A stretch of DNA of 64,000 nt from positions 101,738,595-101,802,594 of the forward strand of contig NC_090382.1 in assembly GCF_036365525.1 (NCBI RefSeq), read 5' to 3'. The translations under genes were made by a program, and so were the position numbers. This document shows, one piece after another, positions 62,990-64,000 of the stretch (within the stretch, counting starts at the first letter, position 1; each line of letters begins with the position of its first letter). The stretch is from Heterodontus francisci. Taxonomy: Eukaryota. The notes under the pieces were generated by a model. It searched no databases and was not told where the DNA came from. It was given only the letters and a program-made list of their open reading frames with translations.

Positions 62990-63262
62990 CCAGATCCACA
63001 TCAACATTTGTGTTTCCACTGAGAACAATGGAGTCATTTTCATGCACTTCCCATGTATATAAATTCTGATTCTCTGCTCCAACTTGTCTGACTATCAGAT
63101 AGACTGTGTTATTCAGATGGATCTCATCAATATTGTTCCTCCTGTTCTGCTGAGATGAGTCTCTTGGTTTCCAGTGAAGACTGACTGTATCTGAGAGTTT
63201 GGAGATGGTACAGCTGAGGGTGATGTCACTGCCCATTACAGGCCTCTTTGAATTTGTCTCAA
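62990..63262 (-). CDS. Ig receptor exon: C2-type Ig domain (putative D2)
   Basis: ttttacag|TT...CTG G|gtaagt; 273 nt, phase 1-1. Encodes VETNSKRPVMGSDITLSCTISKLSDTVSLHWKP...LYTWEVHENDSIVLSGNTNVDVDL, with B-strand Cys and C-strand Trp. Confidence 0.85.
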
Positions 63263-63549
63263 CTGTAAAAACAGATAAATGAGCTGTAGTATAGTTGTCC
63301 CTCAGCTTTCTGAACAATTGCATTCGAAATTTTCTTCTTCTACAAACAATCAGACAAATGGTAAGCAGCTGTGCTAAGTGCTGACAATCAGCATTTCCTG
63401 GATAATGTGAATGCTTGGCTGCTTCATCTTCTGCAATTACCTGCTGATGCTTGGCAACATCACCCAAAGACATTGGCCTGGATTTTTATTTACTTGACAT
63501 GCCGAAAGCAAGCGGGTAAGAAAACCACGGGGAATCCCAAAGAATCGCA

Positions 63550-63765
63550 GCAAGTGGTTGAGGTCTGAAATGCACTGCCTGAGAGTGTGGTGGAGGCAGG
63601 TTCAATTGAAGCATTCAAAAGGGAATTGGACTGTTGTCTGAAAAGGAAGAATGCGCAGGTGGGGAGAAGGCAGGGGAATTGAACTGAGTGAATTGCTCTT
63701 TCAGATAGCCGGTGCAGACATGATGGGCTGAATGGCCTCCTCGTGCACGGTAACAATTCTGTAAT
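63550..63765 (+). mobile_element. CR1 extreme 3' end
   Basis: VVEV*NALPESVVEAGSIEAFKRELD followed by the atgggctgaatggcctcc 3' UTR. Confidence 0.8.
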
Positions 63766-64000
63766 TCCCATGCACACTGTGTGGCAGAGATGTATGTGAT
63801 GTCACTGATCTGTTCCCTGCCTGGGAGCCAGCCAGGCTGACAATTTGGCTTCCAGTCAGACAGGGAATTGGTTGGTCGAGGCTATAGGGTCAGTTCAGTC
63901 CCTGTCGGGGGATGTCATTTCAGAGTAGGGGAGTGAGGAAAGCTCAATCCTGGTGGGGGCATGGGGTGGAGGAGGGGATTAATCCCAGAGGGAGAAGGGG

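Larger units (their letters stand above)
28378..63262 (-). other. Spliced gene (5'-partial): Ig-superfamily type I membrane receptor, CD4/LAG-3-like ectodomain (C2-V-C2) with a multi-ITIM cytoplasmic tail
   Basis: Nine exons (63262-62990, 57595-57257, 57178-56909, 48306-48199, 43297-43199, 42335-42258, 31401-31345, 28629-28586, 28443-28378). All have AG acceptors after pyrimidine tracts, and all but the terminal exon have GT donors. They splice in frame without stops to ~444 aa. Confidence 0.85.

Noticed and set aside
28378-63262. Naming the receptor CD4 or LAG3
   Set aside because: The tail lacks Cx(C/H) and (F/Y)xxL(D/E). D1 and syntenic neighbours are outside the window, so orthology cannot be claimed.
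63263-63473. N-terminal part of ORF 62964-63473 as coding or leader sequence
   Set aside because: A strong acceptor (ttttacag) precedes 63262, and the upstream peptide has no signal-peptide or Ig features; treated as intron.

Overview
Repeat-rich vertebrate genomic DNA, most likely from a cartilaginous fish (shark). This is inferred from HE1-type V-SINE, SacSINE1/DeuSINE-like, CR1, Penelope and Harbinger repeats. Most of the window is decayed transposable elements: many CR1 LINE fragments, L2, RTE and Penelope-like retroelements, a hobo/Hermes-like hAT transposase relic, PIF/Harbinger relics and a related GC-rich MITE family. Almost all ORF-track entries are TE fragments or noise. One host gene can be reconstructed by hand on the minus strand from nine GT-AG, phase-compatible exons spanning 63262 to 28378; its 5' end lies beyond the window. 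It encodes about 444 aa: C2-Ig, V-Ig, C2-Ig with a WxC F-strand, a transmembrane helix, and a ~120-aa tail with four tyrosine motifs, two of them canonical ITIMs (IHYGSV, VIYAQV). The ectodomain looks CD4/LAG-3-family-like, but the tail is neither CD4-type (no Cx(C/H)) nor LAG-3-type, so it is a candidate inhibitory CD4/LAG-3-related receptor. Its V-C2 exon pair is bracketed by a ~170-195 bp direct repeat. Other notable structure: minimal hammerhead ribozyme motifs in Penelope terminal repeats, a ~4 kb near-identical duplication apparently templated into an RTE element, a three-level nested TE stack, and an unexplained ~270-codon decayed reading frame. All coordinates were read by eye; TE boundaries are approximate.
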